Of a DNA stretch of 64,000 nt, positions 16,505-29,039 are shown piece after piece. The stretch comes from the human T2T-CHM13v2.0 reference genome, Homo sapiens. Below the pieces are notes generated by a model. That model searched no databases, was not told the DNA's origin, and worked only from the letters and a program-made list of their open reading frames with translations. Position 1 is the stretch's first letter; the number at the start of each line of letters is the position of its first letter. The position numbers and the translations under genes are program-made. The stretch is taken from the NCBI RefSeq assembly GCF_009914755.1, contig NC_060947.1; one strand, written 5' to 3'.

Positions 16505-16601
16505 GAAAGGAAAGGAAGAGGAGGGAAGGGGAGGGGAGGGGAGGGGAGAGGAGGACAGGGGACAGGAGGAGAGGAGAGGGGAGGGGAGGGGAGGGAAAGG
16601 G
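16505..16601. repeat. G/A-rich (GGAGG/GGGGA)n low-complexity insert in L1 ORF1
   Basis: About 97 nt of almost pure purine. Confidence 0.9.
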
Positions 16602-19600
16602 TAAAAGCACCAGGTAACCCACCAAGGAAAACCCATCAGATTAACAGCAAATTTCTCAGCAGAAACCCTACAAGCTGGTAGAAATTTGGGCCCTATATTC
16701 AGCCTCCTAAAAATATACAACTATCAGCCAGGAATTTTGTATCCACTGAAAGTAAGCATCATATATGAAGGAAAGATACAGTCTTCTTCAGACAAACAAA
16801 TGCTGAGAGAATTCACCACTACCAAACCACCACTACAAGAACTGCTAAAAGGAGCTCTAAATCTTGAAACAAATTCTGGAAACACATAAAAATAGAACCT
16901 CTTTAAAGCATAAATCACACAGGACCTATCAAACAAAAACAAAATTTAAAAATAACAAAAAAGCAAGATACACAGGCAACAAATAGCACAATGAATGCAA
17001 TGGTACCTCACATCTCAATACTAACATTGAATGTAAATGGCCTAAATGCTCCACTTAAGAAATACAGAACTGCAGAAAGGATAAAAACTCACCAACAAAT
17101 TATCTGCTGCCTTCAGGACAATCACCCAACACATAAGGACTCACATAACCTTAAAGAAAAGGGATGGAAAAAGGCATTTCATGCAAATGGACACCAAAAG
17201 TGAGCAGAGGTAACTATTCTTATATCAGACAAAACAAACTTTAAAGCAACAACACTTAAAAGAGACAAAGAGGGACATTATATCATCATACAAGTCCTTG
17301 TCCAACAGGAAAATATCACAATCCTAAACATATATGCAAATAATACCAGAGCTCCCAAATTTATAAAACAATTACTAACAGACCTAAGAAGTGAGACAGA
17401 CAGCAACACAATAATAGTGGCGAACTTCAATATTCTACTGACAGCAGAGATAGACAGCAACACAATAATAGTGGTGGAGTTCAATACTCTACTGACAGCA
17501 CTAGACAGGTCATCAAGAGACAAAGTCAACAAAGAAACAATAGATCTAACCTATACCGTGGAATAAATGGAATTAACAGATATATACAGAACATTTCAAC
17601 CAACAACCGCAGAATACACATCCTATTCAACAGTGCATGGAACTTTCTCCAAGATAGGCCGTATGATAGGGCTCAAAATGAGCCTCCATAAATTTAAGAA
17701 AACTGAAATTATATCAAGCACTCTGTCAGACCAAAATGGAATAAAACTGGAAATCAACTCAAAAAGGAACCTTCAAAACCATGCAGATACATGGAAATTA
17801 TATAACCTGCTCCTGAATGATCACTGGGTCAAATACAAAATCAAGATGGAAATTAAAAAAATTCTTAGAACTGAATGACAATAACAACACAACCTATCAA
17901 AAGGACACAGCAAAGGTGGTGCTAAGAGGAAAGTTCATAGCCTTAAACACCTATATGGAAATGACTAAAAGAGCACAAACTGACATTCTAAGGTTGTGCC
18001 TCAAGGAACTAGAGAAACAAGAACAAACCAAACCCAAACCCAGCAGAAGAAAGGAAATAACCAAGATCAGAGCAGAACTAAATGAAATTGAAACAACAAC
18101 AAAAAAAAACACACGAAAGATAAATAAAACAAAAAGCTGGTTCTTTGAAAAGACAAATAAAATTGATAGACCATTAGCAAGATTAACCAAGAAAAGAAGT
18201 CAGAAAATCCAAATAACCTCATTAAGAAACAAAATGGGAGACATTAGGACTGACACCACTGAAATACAAAAGGTCATTTCAGGCTACTATGAACATCATT
18301 ACACACATAAAGTAGAAAACCTAGAAGAGATGGATAAATTCCTGGAAAAATACACCCCCCCAGCTTAAATCAGGAAGAATTATATATCCTGAACAGACCA
18401 ATAACAGGCAGAGATACTGAAATGGTAATTAAAACATTACCAAAAAAAAAAAAAAATCCAGGATCAGATGGATTCACAACTGATTTCTAGAAGACATTCA
18501 AAGAACAATTGGTACCAATCCTTTTGGCACTATTCCACAAGATAGAGAAAGAGGGAAGCCACCCTAATTCATTCTATGAAGCCAGCATCACCCTAATACC
18601 TAAACCAGGAAAGGACATAACCAAAACAGAAAACTACAGACTAATATCCCTGATGAACATAGATACTAAAATCCTAACACAATACTAGCTAACTGAATTC
18701 AACAACATATCAAAAAGATAATCCACCATGATCAAGTGGGTTTCATACCAGGGACGCAGGGATGGTTTAACATACACAAGGCAATAAATGTGATATACCC
18801 CATAAACAGAATTTAAAACAAAAATCACATGATCATCTCATTAGATGAAGAAAAAGCATTCAACAAAGTCTAGCATCCCTTTATGATTAAAACTCTCAAC
18901 AAAACCAGCATACAACAGACATACCTCAATGTAATGAAAGCCATCTATGACAAACCCATAGCCAACATAATACTGAATGGGGAAAAGTTAAAAGCATTCC
19001 CTCTGAGGACTGGAATAAGACAAGCATGCCCACTCTCACCACTCCTCTTCAACATAGTACTGGAAGTCCTCGCCAGAGCAACCAGGCAAGAGAAAGAAAT
19101 AAAGGGCATCCAAACTGGTAAAGAGGAAGTCAAACTGTCACTATTTGCTGACCATATGATCATTTACCTTGGAAACCCTAAAGACTCCCTCAGAAAGCTC
19201 CTAGAACTGATAAAATAACTCAACGAAGTTTCCAGATACAAGACTAAAGTACAGAATTCAGTAGCTCTCCTATACACCAACAGTGACAAAGTGGAGAATC
19301 AAATCAACAACTCAACCCCTTTTACAACAGTTGCAAAAAATAATTAAATACTTAGGAATATATCTAACCATGGACGCAAAAAACCTCTACAAGGAAAACT
19401 ACACAACAGTGCTGAAAGAAATCATAGACGATACAAACAAATGGAAACATCCCATGCTCATGGATGGGTAGAAACAATATTGTGAAAATGACCATACTGC
19501 CAAAAGCAATCTAGAAATTCAACACAATTCACATCAAAATACCACCATCATTCTTCACAGAATTACAAAAAAAAAATCTAAAATTCATGTGGAACCAAAA

Positions 19601-20545
19601 AAGAGCCCACATAACCAAAACAAGACTATGCAAAAAGAACAAATCTGGAGGCATCACACTACCTGATTTCAAACTATACTATAAGGCCATAGTCACCAAA
19701 ACAGCATGGTACTGGTATATAAATAGGCACATAGACCAATGGAACGAAATCAAAAACCCAGAAATAACCCCAAATACTTGCAGCCAACTGATCTTTGACA
19801 AAGCAAACAAAAACATAAAGTGGGAAAAGGACACCATTTTCAACAAATGGTGCTGGGATAATTAGCAAGCCACATGTAGGAGAACGAAACTGGAATGTCA
19901 TCTCTCACATTACACACAAATCAATTCAAGATAGATTAAGGACTTAAATCTAAGACCCGAATCTATAAAAGTTCTAGAAGATAACATTGAAAAAACCCTT
20001 CGAGACATTGGCTTAGGCAATGATTTCATGACCAAGAACCCAAAAGCAAATGCAATAAAAACAAAGATAAATAGCCGGGACCTAATTAAACTAAAGAGCT
20101 TTTGCATGGCAAAAGAATCAGTCAGCAGAGTAAACAGACAAACCACAGGGTGGGAGAAAATCTGCACAATATATACATCTGACAAAGGACTAATATCCAG
20201 AATCCACAATGAACTCAAAAAAATCAGGTAGAAAAATCAAACAATCCCACCAAAACGTGGGCTAAGGACATAAATAGACAATTTTCAAAAAAGATATACA
20301 AATGGCCAACAAACATATGAAAAAATGCTCAACATCTCTAATGATTGGGGAAATGCAAATCAAAACCACAATTTAATACCTCCTCACTCTTGCAAAAATG
20401 GCCATAATCCAAAAATAAATAAAAACAGTAGATGTTGGTGTGGATGTCGTGAACAGGCAACACTTCTACACTGCTGGTGGAAATGTAAACTAGTACAGCT
20501 GCTATGGAAAACAGTGTGGATATTCCTTAAAGAACTAAAAAGAAT

Positions 20546-20546
20546 C

Positions 20547-20598
<52 letters not shown>

Positions 20599-20804
20599 GT
20601 ATATATATATACACACACGTATGTGTATGCATATATACATATATACACACACATGTACATGTGTGTATATACGTACATATATACACGTATGTGTGTATAC
20701 ATACATATATACACGTATGTGTGTATGTACATAAAAACACACGTTTGTGTGTATATATACATATACACACACATGTGTGTATATGTATATATACACATAT
20801 ATAT
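20546..20804. repeat. Compound (TA)/(CA)/(TG) alternating purine-pyrimidine tract
   Basis: About 260 nt read directly; it produces the spurious H/T/Y/V/C-rich ORFs at 20325-20914. Confidence 0.95.
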
Positions 20805-21799
20805 TGATGAGATTCGAGACTATTATTCTTAGTGAAGTAACTCATGAATGGAAAACCAAACACTGTATGTTCCCACTGATATGTGGGAGCTAAGCTATGA
20901 GGATGCAAAGGCATAAGAATGACACAATGGACTTTGGGGACTTGGAGGGAAGGCAGTGAAGGGGGGCGAGGGATAAAATACTACAAATAGTGTGCAGTGT
21001 ATACTGCTCAGGTGATGGATGCACCAAAATCTCACAAAACACCACTAAATAACATATCCATGCAACCAAATACCACCTGTATCCCAATAACCTATGGAAT
21101 TTTTTTTAATTAATAGATTAAAAAATACTGAGGCTCAGAGGGAAAATATACAACTATCTTTATTTGGCTAGCAAAAAGCAAGGCAGAACCCAAAGGTCAT
21201 TTAGAAGCTATGAGTCTGGCACACTTTTCAAGGCAGTATTGAACTCTAAAATAGAGAATGGAGGTCCTCCCAGTCTTCACTGAAATTTTTTCTTCAGTGA
21301 TATTTCAGGATGGGCAAAAAAGCATTTTATTAATGTTAACCTGAGTGCATTTTAAATAATGGTTTGATAGGGTTACTGCCCAAGCTTTAGGAGACAAGGG
21401 CCAGGTCAAAGGTGGTTACAATAGGAACAGAGAGGAATGATGGTGGGAGATACAAACCTTACAAAGTGAAGACAAACAGAATGACCAGAGTTAGAGATTC
21501 TGGGAGTTTCTGCCTGGGAAACCAGAAGAATCTAAGTGCCATGAGAAGCGTGAAAGGAGCGCAGCTTGGTAAAAGAAAAGAAAATGCACTGTTTTTCAAT
21601 TATTTTCAGTATAGAGAAGTTGAAGGGGACAGAGGAACATTTCAGTGGTCATGCCCAACAAGCATATACAATATGTAAAATATAAGTTGAAGTTGGAGAT
21701 GTGTCAAATGCATAAAAACACCAGAATAACAGTTCTTGCTTATGGCTGCACATCAGAATCATATGGAGCACTGAAAAAAAAATCCTACGCTCTAGATTA

Positions 21800-22285
<486 letters not shown>

Positions 22286-25200
22286 TCATACTTGAAGCTG
22301 GAAGAGGAGGAATACATGACAGCAACGAAGAAGGGGAAGCCAGAGAAGAAAAAAAAAAAAAAGAACCTTGATAGAGTAGAATAGGACAAAGCTTTAAGAA
22401 GTAAGGGATGAGTAATGTGTCAGCTATTGATACTGGGACGTGGAGGAGGCCAGGACTGAGGATGTGTCATTTTTATTTTATTTCATGGGCATGTGATAAA
22501 AGTAAATTATCTTTTTGTGTTTAAGTATACTAAAATCTGTGCCTGGAATAGACATAATGTAGAGACCACAGGTGGGTACTACAGTTTTTAATGGGCTACT
22601 TTCAACATTTCCAAAGTGGCTGAAGAATTTTAACTGTTAGTGATAGCAACATCTGGCCCAGCAATGTCAGGAATAGTATATCAACAGAGGAGAATGAACC
22701 TGCGCAAAATTAAAGAAGTCTCATCTATTCTCCTTTGTCTTTTATTCTAGCGCACAGAGCAAGAGGTAAAGCCCCAGCTGGGGAAGAAAAAGAAAAAAAA
22801 ATCCTTACTAAAAGCTGTTGTCATTGTACAGACAAAATTAATAACCAACTGAACTGGGCTACTTCCACTTGGCCAAAAGTAAATGCTAACCATATGAGTC
22901 AATTGTTTTGCCTTCAAAACATGCGTACGTGCACAAAGACAACAAACAAAGCACAAACCTCAAAAGACAAATACAACTTAGCAGACTGTAAATTAAAAAT
23001 ATAAATATTTGGTTAGTGTTTGGCAACTGCTGAAAAATAATTGTTAAACGAATGGGGAAAAGAGACTGTGTAGCCAAGAATACAAAGATACCATTATAAA
23101 AGAAATAGGATGAAATTAAGAACAGCAAACTCTAGGCTGATTTTGAGGGAAAACGTTCTTCTACTGACTGCTAAAATACTCTTCCCAAGTGGGAGCAAAA
23201 GCACAGAAACTACCCTGGATTATGTTCAAGGGTAAAATGAGATAATGTATGTGAGAGTGCTGTGGAAACTCCAGATTGTGCTACGTATGTGAGGAGTTGC
23301 TATGATTGTTGTTACTATCCCACCCAGAGCTGGGGAACAAAGGGTATTGGAGACAAGCCCCAAGCCAGACCGGCACTCAGCTAACACCTGAAACCTCTTG
23401 CTTTGCTCTGCTGTTATTCTAGCCAAAGTGAGTCACTGGTCATGTACCAATCACCACAAGATTCCATAAAATTACGGTATAATAAAAAAATTAGTTACTC
23501 AACCAGCAGTACTGGAAGGGGAGATAAGCTGACTTCCCAAGAAGGCTTTTGGCTGAGTTGTCCCAGTTGGGTATTGAATTCATGGTATGATTTATTTGCA
23601 GGATTGGGACTGGATAAAACTCAGTCAAGTACTCCAATTTCTGATTTCTATTAAGTTTGTTGGTCTTGCCCCACACTCCCTCCACCCTGTCCCATTTACC
23701 AAGCAATCTGGAATAGCTGTATCTGAAGATGTCAACAAGAACAGTCTCTTTTTTTTTCCCATGGCAATCAAGTACTCCATCCCATCCTCATAGGCCTGGG
23801 AATAAAATATCCTAAAGGAGCAGAGATACAAACCAGTGGGCATTTACAAGCCCAACCCAGGTCCACATCCTTAACAAAGGACTGGAAGAATACAATGAGA
23901 ACTATAGAATGAGGCATGTCTGTACAAAATGAAATGCTGCTGCCAAAATATTTCTTCATTTTTTCTTTAGATGTCCAAGAAAAGGGAGAAAGGTATAGTA
24001 CTTTGTGAGGTTGTGGAGGGAAGGTGAGACTGATAACAAGAAGCCTATGACCTCATATGTAAATGCACATTCTTTGAGACCATTTTTAGACTCTGACAAT
24101 CTTAGAGTCAAAGGGAGGTTTAAAATTAATCTTAGTCCCAGTGGCCTTTTGCCCAGTAAAGAAATACCATCCAGCTCTACTTGAAGTCCTTTAGTAACAG
24201 GCACCTCAGTACTCATAAGACAGCACATTCCATCATTTGTTTTTTTTTTCCTCCTCTTTGGCAACCAGTTAAAACTTCAAGCTATCAGATAATTGAAAAC
24301 ATATAGTCATGGGATCCTAAAAGTATTATTCAGGACAACTTAACCCCATTCCCTGATGATCTAAGATGAGGAAACTAATGCTCAGAAAAGGGATAGAATT
24401 TTCCCAAAGTCACACAGTGGTCAATGGTAGAGCTAAAAGTAGAATTCAAGTCTGCATATTCAGGGCCCAGTGGCTTCTCTACTTCCCATATACGAAGAAA
24501 GGAGTTGGCCCAGCTTTAGGACCAATTACTCAGTGACTATACTACCAAGGCTCCAGCTTCTTTTTCCTAACTCCCACAGCCCAATAATGGCTCATTTTAT
24601 CCTCAACAGAAACAATTCCAAAGGGTGGGCTGGGTCATGGAGAGGTGGATCGTAGAAGGGAAGAAGTAATGCCCACTCTTTTTGGCTTAACCACAACGGT
24701 GACTAACAATCTCCTGGAAGTAGGACATCTCAGTGTCTGATTCCACCATATATTACATGGAAAATCCTTTATTTTTGAGAATAGCATGATGTCTTTTGGT
24801 GGTGTTTGGAAGATATAATAACTGTTGTCATCCCAAGATAGGGAGAATTAATTTCTGGTCACTCAGCAACCACTTGATGAGTACTTTCTATGCTAGGCAT
24901 TCTATTAGAACTTAGTGGCAAGAGAAAAAAACAGAGGTGAATAAACCATATTCTCCAAATTTAGGAGATTGCAGTCTGGTGGGGAACATAGAAAATATAT
25001 ACAGTAAACTCTAATCCAAGACAAAGTATAGCCATCCTCATATCTATGTTCACAAAATAATAGTAGTCGTATTTTACATACTGATGGTGAAACTTACCCA
25101 TATCTTTCCTGTTAAGCTCCCAAGAAGAGAATACACGGGTGGAGCTAGTTTCTAGAAAGAAAGCAGTGAAAAGCAGCTTCTGCTTCAATATGAAGCTTCA

Positions 25201-25649
25201 GCACTGAGGAATGGCTCCAAAAGATGACTCACTCTCTGCAGGAAGCATTCAAGTGGAGAAGGTCAAGAAGACATCTAAAGAAAGGAATTCTCTCAAAGAG
25301 GGAATAACTGGTATAAGGTAATTGGAGGATCCCTCTTTTTTTTGACTCATTCTTTAGTGCCAGAGTTGGCGTAATTGCCCAGCTATCTATCACCTTAAAC
25401 CCTAACAGCTGTGGAAAATGAAAAGCCATACTGAACTTGGAGTAAGAAAAATGTGTCTTGCAGTTCTGGCACAGATGCTTACTAACTAAATGATCTCTAG
25501 CAAGTTTCATTTTCTCTAGGCCTGTTTGGCCACCTGTATAATATATATAAATAAATCTGCAATTCCCTCATTTGGGGATAAGGAATCAGTGGGATGATGG
25601 ATTTGAAAGTATTTAGCACATAGTGGAAAAAATGATTTATATTCTTTAA

Positions 25650-25942
<293 letters not shown>

Positions 25943-26109
25943 AAAAAAATAATTTAAAAAATAATAAATTACAAGGAATTTTGTCACATTTACCCATCCT
26001 GTTCCTTTTGCAGTATTCCTCATCACTATGAAGACATACTCATACCCCAATTTATATACTTCAAAACCACAGAGTCATATTTGACTTGATACCATGCCAG
26101 ATAAGAAAT

Positions 26110-26420
26110 GATACAATTATCTGAGCTGTTTGACCTGGGAGCAGAAGATGCAGGGGGATCTGATCTCTGGTCTTCAGATCTCTGAAAAACTGTCATGGAA
26201 GAAAAAGAACAGACTGCTCTAGGTGGCCTCAGGGAGAATGACTAGGATATCCAGGTACAAGCTTTAGGAAAACTAAGTTCAGCTTAGCAAAAGGAAGAAC
26301 TTTTAACAGTCCAAGGCTTTCCCTGAAGACAGTGGGCTCTCTCAGGAAGCAGTAAGGAACCTCCCTCTAGAAGTGTTCAAGCAGAAACTGGCAAGGATGT
26401 TTTAATGTGGAATCCATTAG
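26110..26420 (+). mobile_element. L3/CR1 3' fragment
   Basis: aaggaagaactttt...ccctctagaagtgttcaagcagaaactgg. Confidence 0.6.
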
Positions 26421-26676
26421 GGTAAAGGAAAATTACAATTCATGAAATTCTACTTGTCAGGCACTGTGCTAGACCCTTGGCAGGAAATATATCTTTTAAT
26501 CCTCCCAATAACACCATGATGTGAGTACTGTTATCCCTCTTTTTCAGGTTAGAAAGCTGAGGCTCAAAGAATTTGACTACTTCTCATTGGGCTTACTACT
26601 GGCATGGTGGGTGGGAGGAACAATTATTTGTTGCATCTGTTTGGCATTAAATGCAGTAGTACCTCAGACTGTGTGT

Positions 26677-26679
<3 letters not shown>

Positions 26680-26709
<30 letters not shown>
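26680..26709. repeat. (CA)n microsatellite
   Basis: Read directly. Confidence 0.95.
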
Positions 26710-26711
<2 letters not shown>

Positions 26712-26959
26712 CACATACTTCTAAATGTCTTGTGGAAATACCGATCCTAGTTGGGAATGTCAAGTACATAATATGCTTAGGATCACAAACAGCAGATAAA
26801 TAGCAGACCCAGGACTTGAAAATAGCTGTGTCTAGCTCAGAAGGTACATACTCTTTCTATTGCGTTATCCACAGAAGTGAGATGGGAATGCACAACCTTG
26901 TAAGGTCTAAGCCAACCCGAAAAGATTCTGATTTTCTCATTCTTCCTTTTTCAATTCCA

Positions 26960-27970
26960 TATAATGTATCAACTACAAAGTTCTGTAGATTCAACTTTTG
27001 TGATGGCTTGTTAAATTCATCACCTCCTTTCTATTCCCACAGCCACGACCTCAGTTCCAGGGCCTTGTTCCCTCTCTGCCCCTAGTTTATCCCCCTCTTG
27101 TGTTTTCCTATTCCAATCCAGCTGACTAACCTTTTACCAGATTACTCTTCCTAAAGCAGAGGATCTGACGTTTTTTTTAAGCTCAAAAACTTTCAATGGC
27201 TTTCCATTGTCTGCTAAATCAAATCAAAACTCTAGCATCCACTGTCTTTTGCAGTTTACCACCAATCTGCCTTGGCAAGTTTAACTTCCAATTTTCCGCT
27301 AATCGTACTCTAAAATCCAGCTCAGCTGGTGTTCTTTTCATATGCCCTGAGCTTCCCTGCCTTAAAGCAGTTGTTCCTATTTTCTCTGCTTAAACTGTCT
27401 TCTCTATCTCCACCTGTTGAAATCTTATCTGTGTGCCACAGTCTATCTTAAATAATAATAGTTAATATTTATTGAGTGTTTATTTTGGGCCAGCCACTGT
27501 GCTAAGTGTGTGCAAGTATTTTATATGGATTATCTCATCTAATCCTCACAACAGCCCCATGAGGTGGGTGCTATTATTATCCACTTTAGCCTGAAGTTAA
27601 CAGAAACTCAGAAAGGGAGAAGTAATTTTATTTGTCCATGGTAACACAAGTTAAATGGTGAGCATGGGATCTGAACTCAAATAGTCTAGCTCTGGAGCCC
27701 TGAAAGGCGTTACAATTTCAAAAAAAGAATAAAAAAAAACCTTTTTCTGATTTCGTATGGTTCAACTTGATACAATCCTTACTTGGCAGCCTCTAAGCAT
27801 TTTTATTTAACTTTTAAAACCTCTCTTGTGTTATATTAATATTTATCCGTGTTTTTATATCCAGGATGAGACTGTCAGGCCCCAGTGGGCACAGCCTAGG
27901 TCTCAGACAGACATCTCACTGTCTCACACATGGTGGCACAGACTAGCTCAGTGAGTCTGCGGAGTTGAAG
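26960..27970. mobile_element. L2 relic interrupted by a MIR (~27450-27700)
   Basis: L2 motif ctcaaaaactttcaatggctttccattg and MIR motif aatcctcacaacagccccatgaggtgggtgctattattatcc. Confidence 0.6.
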
Positions 27971-28291
27971 GTATGTTGGGGTGAAGAAAAGAACAGAGGA
28001 GTTATCTAGGGAAGATGTTCCAAACTCTCCTGCCCCAGCCACCCAGCATGACATTGGCCAACGCTGCCAACACCTGTCTAAGTCAGACCCTGAAGTCTCT
28101 GTTTTCCTAGCCTGGTCTCTGGCGGGTCCCTTCTTGTCCCCCAGTTCTTGCAGCTTGCTGGGTCTTGGCCAGTGTTTGGAGTGAGGCAGGATCAAAATAA
28201 CACTGCCCGGGGCTCAGCTTCCAGGAATGAGAGATCAAGTGAAACCAAGCTCGGCGGGTGAGGGGGTGGATTGAAAGCCCCCAAACAGAGC

Positions 28292-28324
28292 CAGCATGCT
28301 CTTTACACAAGCCCTGACTTGCCC
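28292..28324. promoter_or_regulatory. Second p53-family element, three half-sites
   Basis: CAGCATGCTC ttt ACACAAGCCC TGACTTGCCC: each half-site matches 9/10 with the CWWG core intact. Confidence 0.7.
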
Positions 28325-28454
28325 TCAAGCCACGCGGGTTAGCAGTTCTGCTTTCCTCAGGATGCTCCACAAGTCTGATCCACTGTCCCCGCCTTCACTA
28401 ACACCCAGCCTCCTTCTCTTCTTTATCTCCCAACCCTAGATGCTCAAGGTTGTT

Positions 28455-28474
28455 GGACACGTCCAGGCATGTTC
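28455..28474. promoter_or_regulatory. p53 response element, two half-sites with no spacer, in intron 1
   Basis: GGACACGTCC AGGCATGTTC matches 19/20 of RRRCWWGYYY x2. EDA2R is an established direct p53 target. Confidence 0.85.
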
Positions 28475-28736
28475 TCAGAGGCAATGCAGGTCCAGTAAGA
28501 GCCTACAGGAAATGGCTCGCCAAGATCCTAGAGATGTCAGCCCAGATCCCTGATACCTCAGAAAGCGCTCTCCGGACACAAATGGATGGACTGACAGCCA
28601 GCCACAGGGCGCCTTCCCAATTGTTCTGATTTTGCGGTACCCTAGCAGGATCATCCTGACCTGATTCTGTACTTCTGCACCTAGATGCCGCAGGTCCCAG
28701 CCGCCTTGCCACACCAGGGGGTGTTCCCACACTCAC

Positions 28737-28815
28737 CCGGTAACGGACGAGTAGATGGCTCTTGCTCCCAAATGGGACTCCGGTACAAATCCACCTCAGC
28801 GCAGAGCACACATCT
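28737..28815 (-). other. EDA2R: Probable non-coding first exon of EDA2R (5' boundary approximate)
   Basis: Consensus donor CGG|GTGAGT (intron starts at 28736) in the only CpG-enriched unique segment, directly downstream of a GC-box array on the minus strand. Confidence 0.75.
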
Positions 28816-28832
28816 CACCCAGCCCCCTCCCG

Positions 28833-28927
28833 TCACCCCCCGCCCTTCACCCCGCGCCCCTCAGCCCCCGCCCCTCAGACCCGCCCATCAGCCCCGCCCC
28901 TCAGCCCCCGCCCCTCAGCCCCCAGCC
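28833..28927. repeat. GC-rich minisatellite, ~7 copies of TCA(G/C)CCCC(C)GCCCC (13-14 bp)
   Basis: Units read directly: tcaccccccgccct / tcaccccgcgcccc / tcagcccccgcccc / tcagacccgccca / tcagccccgcccc / tcagcccccgcccc / tcagcccccagcc. Confidence 0.9.
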
Positions 28928-29039
28928 TGCATACACACTCACAGTATATGAAATTCCTTGTAATCAAAGTTCCGCTTGACTCATTTCACATCCACGTGTA
29001 GCAACAACAGCCCAAACCCTCCTTTCACGGTAAGCTTAC

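Larger units (their letters stand above)
14357..21110 (+). mobile_element. Near full-length inactive L1PB (L1PBa-type 5' end, L1PB1-like 3' end), antisense to EDA2R in intron 1
   Basis: Long 5'UTR, broken ORF1 (~15800-16889) and ORF2 fragments (16991 MNAMVPHISILTLNVNGLN; 18883 RT segment with LFADHMIIY), and an L1PB 3'UTR ending near 21100. Many stops and frameshifts. Confidence 0.92.

Noticed and set aside
20325-20914. Overlapping 70-176 aa ORFs rich in H/T/Y/V/C
   Set aside because: Translations of a stop-poor RY microsatellite.
28685-29001. Proline-rich + strand ORFs
   Set aside because: All three frames are open because of the C-rich promoter minisatellite; no coding signature.
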